45,148 nucleotides of DNA, taken from positions 1 through 45,148 of the forward strand of contig JANRLD010000008.1 in the NCBI GenBank assembly GCA_033762915.1, read 5' to 3'. The translations under genes were made by a program, and so were the position numbers. Position 1 is the stretch's first letter, and every line of letters starts with the position of its first letter. The notes below the pieces were generated by a model, which saw only the letters and a list, made by a program, of their open reading frames with translations, searched no databases and was not told the origin of the DNA. The stretch is from Meiothermus sp. (GTDB lineage: Bacteria; Deinococcota; Deinococci; Deinococcales; Thermaceae). This document shows positions 9,454 to 18,617 of this stretch, piece by piece.

Positions 9454-10704
9454 TTACTTATTGGGGTAGCCGTTGTTGTCCTTGATGTCCTGGTCAATGG
9501 CCCGCGCAGCACGATCCAGCTCGGCCTTCACGTTGCCGCCCGCTGCTATGTTAGCCGCCGCCTCGGCGAAGGCCTTGGTTATCGCGGGGTAAGCGGGGGT
9601 GGCGGGACGGGCCACGGCGGCGCGGCTATTGAGCTGGCGCACGTAGAGGGAGAGCGCACCGTTGGGGCCGAAATTTTTACTCCTGGCGATTGCGCTCTTC
9701 CGGCTGGGGACGCCGCCGGCGGCGTCGCTCATGGCCAGAACCGACTCGGTGCTCACCATGTGCAGCAGCACCTTGGCAGCGGCATCGGGGTTGGGGCAAT
9801 CAGAGCTGATGCCGTAATTCCACCCACCCATGCCGGTGACCTGGCGGCCTCCGAAGGCGGGCATCGGCAATAGAAGCAGGTTATCGCCCAGAGCTTTGGA
9901 GTAGTCGGCCCAGGTCCAGTGGCCTACGAAGGAGATGGCGGCCCTACCCTCTACGAAGTCGGTGTCGGAGCGGGTGGCTACGTTGACAAAGTTCTTGGTC
10001 AGGTTCTGAAAGTAGGTCATCCCGCGCACGGCCGCCGGGCCGTTGATAACGCCGCTGGCGGTCTGGTAGCCGTTGCGGTTGATGAGGTCACCGCCGAAGC
10101 TCTGCATGATGGGGGCGAAGCCGTAAGTGTACCACTCGCCGCGACCATAGTTGAACTTCATGTCAAGTGGGTATTGCAGCCCGCTAGCCTTGAGCCTGGT
10201 CAGCACCTGGACGAACTCGTTCCCGGTCCACGGACGGTTGGGGATAGTCACCCCCGCCTTGGCCAGAAGCGATCTATTGGCCCAGATGGCCAGACCCGAA
10301 TCCCCCACCGCCAGGGTGTAGAGCTTGCCGTTGTAAGTCCCCTGGCTGATGATCGAGGGCAGGAAGTCAGCCCTGGTGGCGGCGTTGATGTACTTATCAA
10401 TGGGGATAATCTTGCCCGACCAAGCGTAGTTGTAGAGGTTGGGACCGTCGAAATCGAGAACACACGGCAGGCGGTTAGCCAGCGCGGCCGCGTTAACCTG
10501 GTCATTGTACGAGCCCTCAGGGAGGCGCACCAGGTCGATTTGGATGTCTTTATTAGCCTCGTTAAACTTTTTGACCGTGGCATCGATCACTTCGCGCTCA
10601 ATGCCCTGGCCCGAATGCGACCAAAGCGTGACTTTGACCTGGGCGCTGGCAACTCCGGTCAGGGCCGTTGCGGCCAGTGCGGTTAACAGAACCTGATTCT
10701 TCAT
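9454..10704 (-). CDS. Sugar ABC transporter substrate-binding protein
   Basis: Sec signal MKNQVLLTALAATALTGVASAQ; SBP family 1 pattern (DFDGPNLYNYAWSG, GHW, GMGGWNYGIS); GGAGG RBS. Confidence 0.92.
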   Translation of the reverse strand: MKNQVLLTALAATALTGVASAQVKVTLWSHSGQGIEREVIDATVKKFNEANKDIQIDLVRLPEGSYNDQVNAAALANRLPCVLDFDGPNLYNYAWSGKIIPIDKYINAATRADFLPSIISQGTYNGKLYTLAVGDSGLAIWANRSLLAKAGVTIPNRPWTGNEFVQVLTRLKASGLQYPLDMKFNYGRGEWYTYGFAPIMQSFGGDLINRNGYQTASGVINGPAAVRGMTYFQNLTKNFVNVATRSDTDFVEGRAAISFVGHWTWADYSKALGDNLLLLPMPAFGGRQVTGMGGWNYGISSDCPNPDAAAKVLLHMVSTESVLAMSDAAGGVPSRKSAIARSKNFGPNGALSLYVRQLNSRAAVARPATPAYPAITKAFAEAAANIAAGGNVKAELDRAARAIDQDIKDNNGYPNK

Positions 10705-10838
10705 GTTTACCTCCTCCACACTCCACACCAACGCTTTAGATCTCCGGGCCCGACTTTGGCATATGGGTATCAGAGGCTTGTCGGCGTTAGGGCTTACGAA
10801 AATACTACGCCCGGAAAAGCTACTTGTCAATAATCTCG

Positions 10839-10854
10839 ACAAAAACGATTTAGT
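10839..10854. promoter_or_regulatory. Possible LacI-family operator
   Basis: Imperfect CG-centred palindrome ACAAAAACGATTTAGT between the divergent SBP and LacI genes. Confidence 0.35.
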
Positions 10855-10925
10855 TCAAAGGTTGCAGTTTGCTCAAGGGTGCGGTATGGTGAATGAACAA
10901 GAGGAAAAAGCGTAAGGGGTTACGG

Positions 10926-11903
10926 ATGGCTCGAGTCACGATTTTTGAGGTCGCACAGAAGGCAGGCGTGTCCACCGGGACCGTCTCCAGGGTGCTTAAC
11001 GGGCGCTCCGACGTGAGCCCCGAGACGCGCGAACGCGTACTGCGCATCGTGCAGGAGTCGGGCTACGTCCCCGACTCGGGCGCACGCCGCCTGGCCAAGG
11101 GGCAGCGCGAGCTGGTGGGGGTAGCCCCCTTCAGCGAGAACACCTTCCGTAGTCCGTATTACAGCATTATGTTGGATGCAATCCAGGAAAGACTGTTTAA
11201 GCTGGGCTACGCTGCACGGGTTCTGGAACCCACCCCCGCCGACCCGGTCTTTGAGCAGTGCATCGGCTTTATCGTCCCCGGCATCCACCTCGACGACCCC
11301 CGCCCCGAGCGGCTCCTGCGCCTGCACATTCCGTGCGTGGTGGTGGGCCGCACCGAGCGCCAGAGCTGGGTGGACATTGACAACGAGGGCGGCATCGGGC
11401 AGGCCATGCGCCACCTCTTCAACCTGGGCCATACCAGGGTCGCCCACATCACCGGCTCGCCCATCGGCCAGACCACCCAGGCTCGCCTCGAGGCCTACCA
11501 CGCCTGCGTCGAGGGCGCCGGTCTCCCAGTCCACAACGAGCTGATCTGGGACGGCCTGTTCACCGACATGGGCGCTTACCGCGCCACCCGCAAGGCGGTC
11601 GAACTGGGCCTGGAGTTCACCGCCATCCTGGCCGCCTCCGACGAGATGGCGGTGGGGGCCATCGCGGCCCTCCAGGATGCGGGCCTGCGCGTCCCGCTGG
11701 ACGTCTCGGTGGTGGGCTTCGACGGCTTCGGCCCAGAGGCCCACGCCGCCCCGCCCCTCACCACCGTCCGCCAGCCAGTGCGCGAGGTCGGCCACACCGC
11801 GGCCGACCTGCTGGTGGAAACCCTGAACGCCAAGCCCAGGCGTCAGGTGATCTTGCCCGTAGAGTTGGTAGTGCGCTCGAGTTCGGCTATGGCGAGGAAA
11901 TAG
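10926..11903 (+). CDS. LacI-family transcriptional regulator
   Basis: VTIFEVAQKAGVSTGTVSRVLN helix-turn-helix; DVSVVGFD and PPLTTVRQP. Confidence 0.95.
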   Translation: MARVTIFEVAQKAGVSTGTVSRVLNGRSDVSPETRERVLRIVQESGYVPDSGARRLAKGQRELVGVAPFSENTFRSPYYSIMLDAIQERLFKLGYAARVLEPTPADPVFEQCIGFIVPGIHLDDPRPERLLRLHIPCVVVGRTERQSWVDIDNEGGIGQAMRHLFNLGHTRVAHITGSPIGQTTQARLEAYHACVEGAGLPVHNELIWDGLFTDMGAYRATRKAVELGLEFTAILAASDEMAVGAIAALQDAGLRVPLDVSVVGFDGFGPEAHAAPPLTTVRQPVREVGHTAADLLVETLNAKPRRQVILPVELVVRSSSAMARK

Positions 11904-11966
11904 GGGATGGGGAAGGAGCGGCCTCACCCATCACGGCCACGCTCCCGACTCGCTTTACCTCGCCCC

Positions 11967-12437
11967 CTACCTCTTTTGAACAGTGCAGATCCCCTCGGGG
12001 CGCAGGGTTTCGTCCTGAATCATCTTGCGGAAGCCAGAGAGGGTGGTCTGGGTCCAACCGCCCGTCCAGCCCTGCGCATCGGACTCGGCGATACAGATCA
12101 CCGCGTCGCCGCTGGTGGCTTCGCGTCCCTTGCTCAAGAACAAGTAGACCCCCACCATGTTCTCGCCGGGGTAGTAGTAGAGGAAGGTGGTCTTCTCGTC
12201 GGCGCTGCCGATGGCGTAGAAGTAGTCATCGCCTGCGGCCCGCTCGAGGCGGGTGATGACCTTGATGGTCTGGCGGTTGCCGTCGGAGATGTTGGCCCCC
12301 ATGGCGTAGAACTGCAGGGTGTCGCCCAGGGCGAAGGGGAGCGCCAACGGCCGGCCGGCCGAGGGGGCACAGCCTGCGATGAGTGCAACCGCCGAGACGG
12401 CCAGCGCGACGAAGAGAGGACGAAGGCGCGTGTTCAT
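11967..12437 (-). CDS. Hypothetical lipoprotein
   Basis: MNTRLRPLFVALAVSAVALIAGC lipobox; two further Cys; coding-like codon usage. Confidence 0.7.
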   Translation of the reverse strand: MNTRLRPLFVALAVSAVALIAGCAPSAGRPLALPFALGDTLQFYAMGANISDGNRQTIKVITRLERAAGDDYFYAIGSADEKTTFLYYYPGENMVGVYLFLSKGREATSGDAVICIAESDAQGWTGGWTQTTLSGFRKMIQDETLRPEGICTVQKR

Positions 12438-12527
12438 GCTGCCCGCAAGGTAGCAAAACCGGGGGAAGCCACCGGGGCAAACAACCATGAGAGCGTTACA
12501 TCAGGCGACGCGAGCAGGGTGGTGGGG

Positions 12528-13145
12528 TCAGATGAGCTTGCTCAGCCAACCTCGAGCCGCCTCGAGTTCGACCCCGAACAACTGATGTCCGCCCGGCTGC
12601 CAGCGCAGCTCGACCCTGGCCCCGGCGACCTCGAGCACGTCCGCCAACGCTTGAACTCGAGCGTTCGGCGACCAGGGGTCTTGGGTGCCCGCCGCGATGA
12701 ACACCGGCAGGCCAGTGAGTTGGGGCGGCGGGACGACCTCCAGCGGCAGCACCGGGCGCAGCAAGACGCCACCCGCCAGCACCTCGGGATGCAAGAGCAT
12801 CAGCGCCGCGGCGATGTTCGCGCCGTTTGAGTAGCCCAGGGCGTAGACCCTGGCGGGGTCGAAACCGTACTCCTCGGCGGCCCCCCTCACGAAGCTGGCT
12901 AGGTCGGCGGCCTGCGCCCGCAGGTCTTCTTCGTCGAACACCCCCATGGCCAGCCGCCTAAAGAAGCGGGGGGCGCCGTTCTCGAGCACCTTCCCCCTGG
13001 GCGAGAGGATATGGGCACCGGGGGCCAACTCCTGGGCCAGCGGGATCAAGTCCCGCTCGTCGCCCCCGGTCCCGTGCAGCGCCAGCAGCGTCGACTCCGA
13101 ACCTCCCGGCTCGAAGCAGTGAATGAAGTTAAGTGCGGACGTCAT
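12528..13145 (-). CDS. Alpha/beta hydrolase (MhqD-like carboxylesterase)
   Basis: LHGTGG, RFFRR, GYSNGA nucleophile elbow, GTQDP, GGH. Confidence 0.9.
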   Translation of the reverse strand: MTSALNFIHCFEPGGSESTLLALHGTGGDERDLIPLAQELAPGAHILSPRGKVLENGAPRFFRRLAMGVFDEEDLRAQAADLASFVRGAAEEYGFDPARVYALGYSNGANIAAALMLLHPEVLAGGVLLRPVLPLEVVPPPQLTGLPVFIAAGTQDPWSPNARVQALADVLEVAGARVELRWQPGGHQLFGVELEAARGWLSKLI

Positions 13146-13255
13146 AAGCACCTCGAAACAGCGGAAAACCCCGGAGGGAAGAGGGCTGAGGGAACCAAGG
13201 CCAAACCCAAAGCTGTTCTCCTTTCCCTTGCGTCTTCCCTACTCTCCCCTCCCGC

Positions 13256-14221
13256 CTAGGCGCCTACAGCCGCCTTCGGCACCTCGACCTCTCCCACCCG
13301 AATCTTCGGTAGGCTACCCTCGATCTGGGCGCGGTGCGGCTCGAGCCACCCCGGCAGCTTAAGCGATGTGCCCAGCGCCTCGAAAGGCTCGTCGGTGGCG
13401 AATCCCGGAACATCGGTGGCGACTTCGAAGAGCACCCCGCCGGGCTCGCGGAAGTAGATCGAGCGGAAGTACTGGCGCTCCTGCACGGCAGTGGCGGGGA
13501 CACCGGCCCCCATCAGGGTCTGGCGCAACTCGAGCTGCGCCGCCTCGTCCGGCACCCGGAAGGCGATGTGGTGGACAGTGCCGACCCCCCCGCGCCCGGC
13601 CAGAAACTGACCCGACTCACGCACCTCAACCCGCCCGAAGCCGAAACCGTCCTGCGGGGCCAGGTGGGTGATGTTCTCGCTCTGACCGACCTGGGTGTAG
13701 CCCAAGGTCTCGAGCAACTTCACGCTGGGCGCGGCCCGCAGCACCCACATCTGGGCGCCGTAGAAGCCGCGAATGGCGTGATCGGCGGGCACGGGGGCCT
13801 CGGGCCAGCTCGAGGCCTCGGGGGCGGCAGGCATGGCCACCAGCTCAGTCCCGATGCCGTCGGGGTCTTTGAAGACCAAACGGGTCAGGCCGTCGCGCTG
13901 CTCGGTCTTGTAGGCCACGCCCTTCTCGAGCAGCCGCTGCGCCCAGTAGCCCACGGCAGACTGCGGGACGGCATAAGAGATCAGCCCAACCTGGTGCACC
14001 CCGGCCCGCCCCTGCTGCGCGCCCGGCCAGGGGAAGAAGGTAATGATGGTGCCGGGTCGACCCAGGCCGTCGCCATAGTAGAAGTGGTAGGTGCCGGGGT
14101 CGTCGAAGTTGACCGTGATCTTGACCAGCCGCAGACCCAGCACGCCCGTGTAGAAGTCCAGGTTGCGCTGCGGGTCTCCCGCCATTGCGGTTATGTGGTG
14201 GATGCCGGTGAGTTTGCTCAT
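13256..14221 (-). CDS. Ring-cleaving dioxygenase, glyoxalase/VOC family (MhqO/MhqA-like)
   Basis: GIHHITA, VNFDDPGTYHFYYGD, VHHIAFR, YFRSIYFREPGGVLFEVAT. Confidence 0.92.
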   Translation of the reverse strand: MSKLTGIHHITAMAGDPQRNLDFYTGVLGLRLVKITVNFDDPGTYHFYYGDGLGRPGTIITFFPWPGAQQGRAGVHQVGLISYAVPQSAVGYWAQRLLEKGVAYKTEQRDGLTRLVFKDPDGIGTELVAMPAAPEASSWPEAPVPADHAIRGFYGAQMWVLRAAPSVKLLETLGYTQVGQSENITHLAPQDGFGFGRVEVRESGQFLAGRGGVGTVHHIAFRVPDEAAQLELRQTLMGAGVPATAVQERQYFRSIYFREPGGVLFEVATDVPGFATDEPFEALGTSLKLPGWLEPHRAQIEGSLPKIRVGEVEVPKAAVGA

Positions 14222-14250
14222 GGGGGCTCCTTCACGTGTTTAAAGTATTG

Positions 14251-14261
14251 TATACATAGTA
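14251..14261. promoter_or_regulatory. Shared upstream motif TATACATAG(TA), candidate HxlR-family operator
   Basis: The same 11-mer occurs at 17963-17973 and the 9-mer at 18581-18589. Confidence 0.45.
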
Positions 14262-14442
14262 GTATAAAAAATGAAGTGTTCCTGGTGACAGAGTCGGCGT
14301 GATTTCTGGAGCAAGACGATTGGCCGGCCCAAGGTCGAGTGGTCGGCAGGAGGGGACCGCCCACCCACGCCCCGATTACGTTACGCCCCTATGCTGATTG
14401 GGCATTGCGGTCTAGACTTAGATACACTGAAGGAGACAGTTC

Positions 14443-15930
14443 ATGGAGCGGTTCTTGCGTTGGGTTACAGGCTTCGGAATCATGCTAGGGGCGGGTTTGG
14501 GCGTGTGGGCGTGGACAAGCAATCCGCCGGGGCAGGTGCGGGCGGCGGCGGCCCCCACCTACTACGGCGAGGTGCAGGCCATCCTCGAGCAAAACTGTGT
14601 GAACTGCCACAGCGAGGGCGGCATCGGCCCGTTCAGCCTGACCGACCCCAAGGAGGCCCGCAAGCGGGCGCAGGAGATCGCGGCCGTCACCCAGGCCGGC
14701 TACATGCCACCCTGGATGCCCGCGGGCGACTCGCCGCGCTTCTTGTACGAGCGGGGGTTGAGCGAGGAGCAGAAGGCCCAGCTCAGCGCCTGGGCCGAGG
14801 CCGGCGCACCGCTGGGCCAGTTCCGCTACCGGCCGGTGGAGGTGTCCAAGACCATTAAGGCCCCCGACCTGACTCTACCCATGACCGAGTCCTACCGGCC
14901 CAGCGCCAAGTACGGCACCGACGACTACCACTGCTTCTTGCTGGACCCGGGGCTGGACCGCGACGTGATGGTAACCGGGGTGGACATCAAGCCGGGGCAG
15001 CCCAGCATCGTCCACCACGTGATCCTCTTCACCGTCACCGGCACCGCCCTCGAGCGGGCCGAGCAGCTCAACGCCCAGAACGGCGGCAAGGGCTGGACCT
15101 GCTTCGGCGGGCCGGGCCTCGACAGCACCGGAGCGTCGCTGATCGGCGGGGTGGCCGCCGCTGCCGGCAACGCCCCGCGCACCACCGGCAACGGCTACCT
15201 GGGCTTCTGGGTGCCTGGCAAGGGCCAGGACCGCCTGCCCGCCGGGACGGCCATGCCGCTGCGCCGGGGCACCAAGGTGATCATGCAGATGCACTACAAC
15301 CTGGCATCAGGGGTCAAACCGGACCTCAGCAGCGCCAAGCTCTACTTCGCCGAGAACCCCGCCGGCCTGCGCCCGCTGCGCCCCATCCTGCTCTACGCCC
15401 CCACCGAGATCCCTTGCCCCGAGGGTCTGAACAGCCCCGAGTGCAGCCGCGACCATGTCCTGCGCGAGAATCTGCTGCGCTACGGCCCGGACTCCAACCT
15501 GATCGCGCTGGGGATGCTGCTGGCCTGCGGCAAGAGCGCCGAGGAGTACAGCCGCAACGTGGGCAACGCCAGCCGGGTGCGCTCCACCTGCGACCGCCGC
15601 ATGGGCAGCCGCATGGACGTGTTCGGGGTGGCGGGCCACATGCACCTGCGGGGCCGGGCGGTGAAGCTCGAGCTCAACCCCGGCACCCCCAAGGCCCAGA
15701 CCATCCTCGACATCCCGGCCTGGAACTTCCACTGGCAAGACCAGTACTGGCTCGAGCAGCCCATCGCCATCAACCCCGGCGACGTGGTGCGGGTGAGTTG
15801 TAGCTGGGATAACTCGCTGGCCGCCCAGCCGATGGTTGCGGGCAAGCCCGACGCCCCGCGCTACATCACCTGGGGCGAGGGCACCAACGAAGAGATGTGC
15901 CTGGGGGCGCTGATGGTGGCGAACCGGTGA
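14443..15930 (+). CDS. Cytochrome c-fused copper type II (PHM/DBH-like) monooxygenase, membrane-anchored/exported
   Basis: N-terminal TM; CVNCH with MPPW; VHHVIL, QMHYN, GHMHLRG and EEMC copper-ligand motifs. Confidence 0.85.
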   Translation: MERFLRWVTGFGIMLGAGLGVWAWTSNPPGQVRAAAAPTYYGEVQAILEQNCVNCHSEGGIGPFSLTDPKEARKRAQEIAAVTQAGYMPPWMPAGDSPRFLYERGLSEEQKAQLSAWAEAGAPLGQFRYRPVEVSKTIKAPDLTLPMTESYRPSAKYGTDDYHCFLLDPGLDRDVMVTGVDIKPGQPSIVHHVILFTVTGTALERAEQLNAQNGGKGWTCFGGPGLDSTGASLIGGVAAAAGNAPRTTGNGYLGFWVPGKGQDRLPAGTAMPLRRGTKVIMQMHYNLASGVKPDLSSAKLYFAENPAGLRPLRPILLYAPTEIPCPEGLNSPECSRDHVLRENLLRYGPDSNLIALGMLLACGKSAEEYSRNVGNASRVRSTCDRRMGSRMDVFGVAGHMHLRGRAVKLELNPGTPKAQTILDIPAWNFHWQDQYWLEQPIAINPGDVVRVSCSWDNSLAAQPMVAGKPDAPRYITWGEGTNEEMCLGALMVANR

Positions 15931-16301
15931 GTCCTCGAGTCCTTCTCCCCCTTCTCACCCTCGCCCTGCTGGGGCTGGGGTGGTACGGCAGCGTAGCGCA
16001 GGACGCCCGTCCGCGCAGCTTTGCGGGAACCGGACGAGTGGAAGCGCTCCGGGCGGCCGGCGAGGGGTGCCAGGCCACCTTGAGGCTGCACCGGGTTTTC
16101 TCGACCAGCCAGAACTTCGGGGAGCAGCCGGGCGTGGGCAGCAGGTTCGGCGTAGCGGTGAGCGCCGACGACTGCCTGGCGCTACAGGTCGCGATGAGCC
16201 AGAGCGACCCCGGGCACGTGTTCTTTATCCTGGGGGAGGCCCCCAGGAACGCCTGGCGCTTCCTGACCAAGCCGCGCCCGCCCGCCGGGTGCAGCGGTTG
16301 A
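15927..16301 (+). CDS. Small secreted hypothetical protein coupled to the monooxygenase
   Basis: GTGA overlap; hydrophobic N-terminus; three Cys; ends PPAGCSG. Confidence 0.65.
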   Translation: MSPRVLLPLLTLALLGLGWYGSVAQDARPRSFAGTGRVEALRAAGEGCQATLRLHRVFSTSQNFGEQPGVGSRFGVAVSADDCLALQVAMSQSDPGHVFFILGEAPRNAWRFLTKPRPPAGCSG

Positions 16302-16471
16302 CTTGGTTGCGCCAGGGTCTTTGCACGACCCACCAACGCCGCGGAACGGAGGCACAGCGGATTTCAAACCATGTCTGGCAAAGGCCTTGGGGCTGAAATC
16401 CGTTCCCCGCCTTGTTTTGGAGTGCGGTGTCGCGGGGTTCAGGTTGCTGACCGCTGCAGGACCCTGGGCAA

Positions 16472-16765
16472 TCAGTCTGCCGGTTTTATAAACCCGTACC
16501 GCTCGAGCGCCCCCCGCAGTTCGGGCAGCCTGGGGTTTTTCAGCACGGCCGCGTCGTCGCCGGGCTTCCAGTAGCCCTCGACCAGCCCCACCACCACCAT
16601 AGGGAACTTGAGCTTCCCTTGGTTCATGGCCTTGTCGGCCTCGGCGGCCCCCCGATCGGTCTCGACATCGAAAAAGTCGTACTCGAGGCCCTGGTTCTTG
16701 AAATACTTGCGCAAGCCCAGGGTGAGGGGGCACCAGTCGGCCCCGTAAACCTGCACACGGCTCAC
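16472..16765 (-). CDS. Monothiol glutaredoxin/NrdH-like protein (CPLT)
   Basis: VQVYGADWCPLT...FDVETD...KFPMVVVG; GTGA overlap with the upstream gene. Confidence 0.75.
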   Translation of the reverse strand: MSRVQVYGADWCPLTLGLRKYFKNQGLEYDFFDVETDRGAAEADKAMNQGKLKFPMVVVGLVEGYWKPGDDAAVLKNPRLPELRGALERYGFIKPAD

Positions 16766-17235
16766 AGCTCCCCCACCTTCCCGGGCACGATCTCGAGGGC
16801 GATCCGGACGTGAGCGGCCTTGAAGCCGGCCTCGAGATGGCTGTTGTCGCAAAAGGGCTTGTTTCTGGAGGCCCCGCAGCGACACAGCGCAGCGCGCGCA
16901 GTCTCAAAAGTCACGGCCCCCGAATCGTTCCGGAAGGCCATCGGGCCGCGCAGGTAGAGTGGGCCGTCGGGCATTAGGTCCGCGCTGACAAATTGCGGAA
17001 CCGCCTCGGCCTGTCCGCCGTCCAGCCGCTCGTAGTGCAGGGCGCCGCTGGGGCAGCGCTCAACCACCTCGGAAATTGCATCGGCGGCGGCGTGCTCAGG
17101 CTGAATCCAGGGCTTCTTCTGGGTGTCGAAGACCTCCGGCAGCCCCCGCACGCACTCCGCTGCGTGGATGCACAGGCGTGGCTGGTAGTAGACCACGATA
17201 CCTTCGGCGCCATATTTACGGCCTCTCTCGGACAT
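16762..17235 (-). CDS. Divergent 4Fe-4S mono-cluster (YjdI-like) plus CDGSH iron-sulfur domain protein
   Basis: CIHAAECVRGLPEVFD...KPWI...CPSGAL, then LCRCGASRNKPFCDNSH. Confidence 0.9.
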   Translation of the reverse strand: MSERGRKYGAEGIVVYYQPRLCIHAAECVRGLPEVFDTQKKPWIQPEHAAADAISEVVERCPSGALHYERLDGGQAEAVPQFVSADLMPDGPLYLRGPMAFRNDSGAVTFETARAALCRCGASRNKPFCDNSHLEAGFKAAHVRIALEIVPGKVGEL

Positions 17236-17316
17236 GGGTATAAGCCTAAAAGCGCTCCAGACGCCAGGGGTAGGGGTTGGGTGACAATAGGGCTAAAACA
17301 GACTTCGGGGGCGAAA

Positions 17317-17346
17317 CCAGAGCCCTCCCGTGTGGGAGGGCTCTGG
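17317..17346 (-). terminator. Intrinsic terminator after the yceI-like gene
   Basis: 13-bp stem CCAGAGCCCTCCC/GGGAGGGCTCTGG, followed by TTT on the minus strand. Confidence 0.6.
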
Positions 17347-17377
17347 CCTCAACTTTCAACCTCCGACCGTCGAAGGG

Positions 17378-17920
17378 TTACTGGGCAGCGGCAGGCTGCT
17401 GGGCGGCAACGGCCTCGACGTCCAGGGTGAACTTGACCTCCTCGCCCACCAGCAACGCGCCCAGCTCGAGCACCTGGTTCCAGGTCAGGTTCCAGTCCTT
17501 GCGGTTGATCTCGCCCGTGGCGGAGCCCGCGATGCGGGTCATGCCCCAAGGATCCTTGACCGGGTTGATGTGGGCCTCAGCTTTGAGGGTGACAGGCTTG
17601 GTGATCTCGCGGATGGTCAGGTGCCCCTCGATCACGTAGTCCTCGCCGCCCAGGTGACGGATGGCGGTACTCTCGAATTTGATCTCGGGGTGAGCCTCGG
17701 CGTGGAGGAAGTCGGGGGAGCGCAGGTGGCCATCGCGCTGGGGCTCGCCGGTGGCGATGCTGGCAGCATCAATGGTGGCGCTGATCTTCACCGGGTGGCC
17801 ACCGGCGTCGGTCTCGAGGCTGCCACCCTTCACCTTCAGGCTGCCGCGCACGCTGGCAAGACCCATGTGACGCACCTTAAAGTCAACGCTGGTATGGCTG
17901 GTGTCGAGGTTCCATTGCAT
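17378..17920 (-). CDS. YceI-family polyisoprenoid-binding protein
   Basis: [51 protein letters not shown]. Confidence 0.92.
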   Translation of the reverse strand: MQWNLDTSHTSVDFKVRHMGLASVRGSLKVKGGSLETDAGGHPVKISATIDAASIATGEPQRDGHLRSPDFLHAEAHPEIKFESTAIRHLGGEDYVIEGHLTIREITKPVTLKAEAHINPVKDPWGMTRIAGSATGEINRKDWNLTWNQVLELGALLVGEEVKFTLDVEAVAAQQPAAAQ

Positions 17921-18057
17921 GGGTTTTACTCCTTTGGGTCGAACCACTCGGGCTCAACTGACTATACATAGTATAAATCATATCACTTTGTATTGTAAAG
18001 TATTTGAATCCACAAAGTCTTGTGCTACCCTCATACCTAACAAGGGATGACTTTCTT

Positions 18058-18393
18058 ATGGCGAATCACGAGCAAGACCACGGCTTCTGTCCCGTCTACG
18101 AGGCCATCAACGTCCTCCAGGAGAAATGGACGTTGCACATCATCCGCAACCTGCTGGACGGCCCCAAGGGCTTTAACGAGCTTTCGAGGGCGGTCGGGGG
18201 CTGCAACCCCGCTACCCTGGCCCAGCGGGTCGAACGCCTCGAGCAGATGGGCATCATCTCCAAGACCATCCACTCCACCATGCCCCCCCGCACCTCCTAC
18301 GCCCTAACCGAGTCCGGTCAGGCCCTGCACGAGGTGGTGGGCGCTATAGGTCGCTGGGGCAAGCAGTATTTACCCCAGCCGGTGATGGGATAG
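18058..18393 (+). CDS. HxlR/DUF24-family (MarR-type) regulator with the N-terminal sensor Cys
   Basis: FCPVYEAINVLQEKW...GPKGFNEL...PPRTSYALT. Confidence 0.9.
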   Translation: MANHEQDHGFCPVYEAINVLQEKWTLHIIRNLLDGPKGFNELSRAVGGCNPATLAQRVERLEQMGIISKTIHSTMPPRTSYALTESGQALHEVVGAIGRWGKQYLPQPVMG

Positions 18394-18617
18394 TGGCCCG
18401 GTAGGTCTGTAGTCTGGAAAACATCCGCATCTTAATACTCACTGAACACAATTCGGCCATACAACATAAGAGTTAAACCCAATTCTTCAAAGCGTAGTTT
18501 GGAGTGAATTTTGTTTGCGACCCCGGCTACTTTCTTTGTAATGGATGCAAAATACCAGCCTAGTAGCTTTGTAACTCGGATATACATAGCCTGTACACAG
18601 GCTGATAAGGTTAGAAT

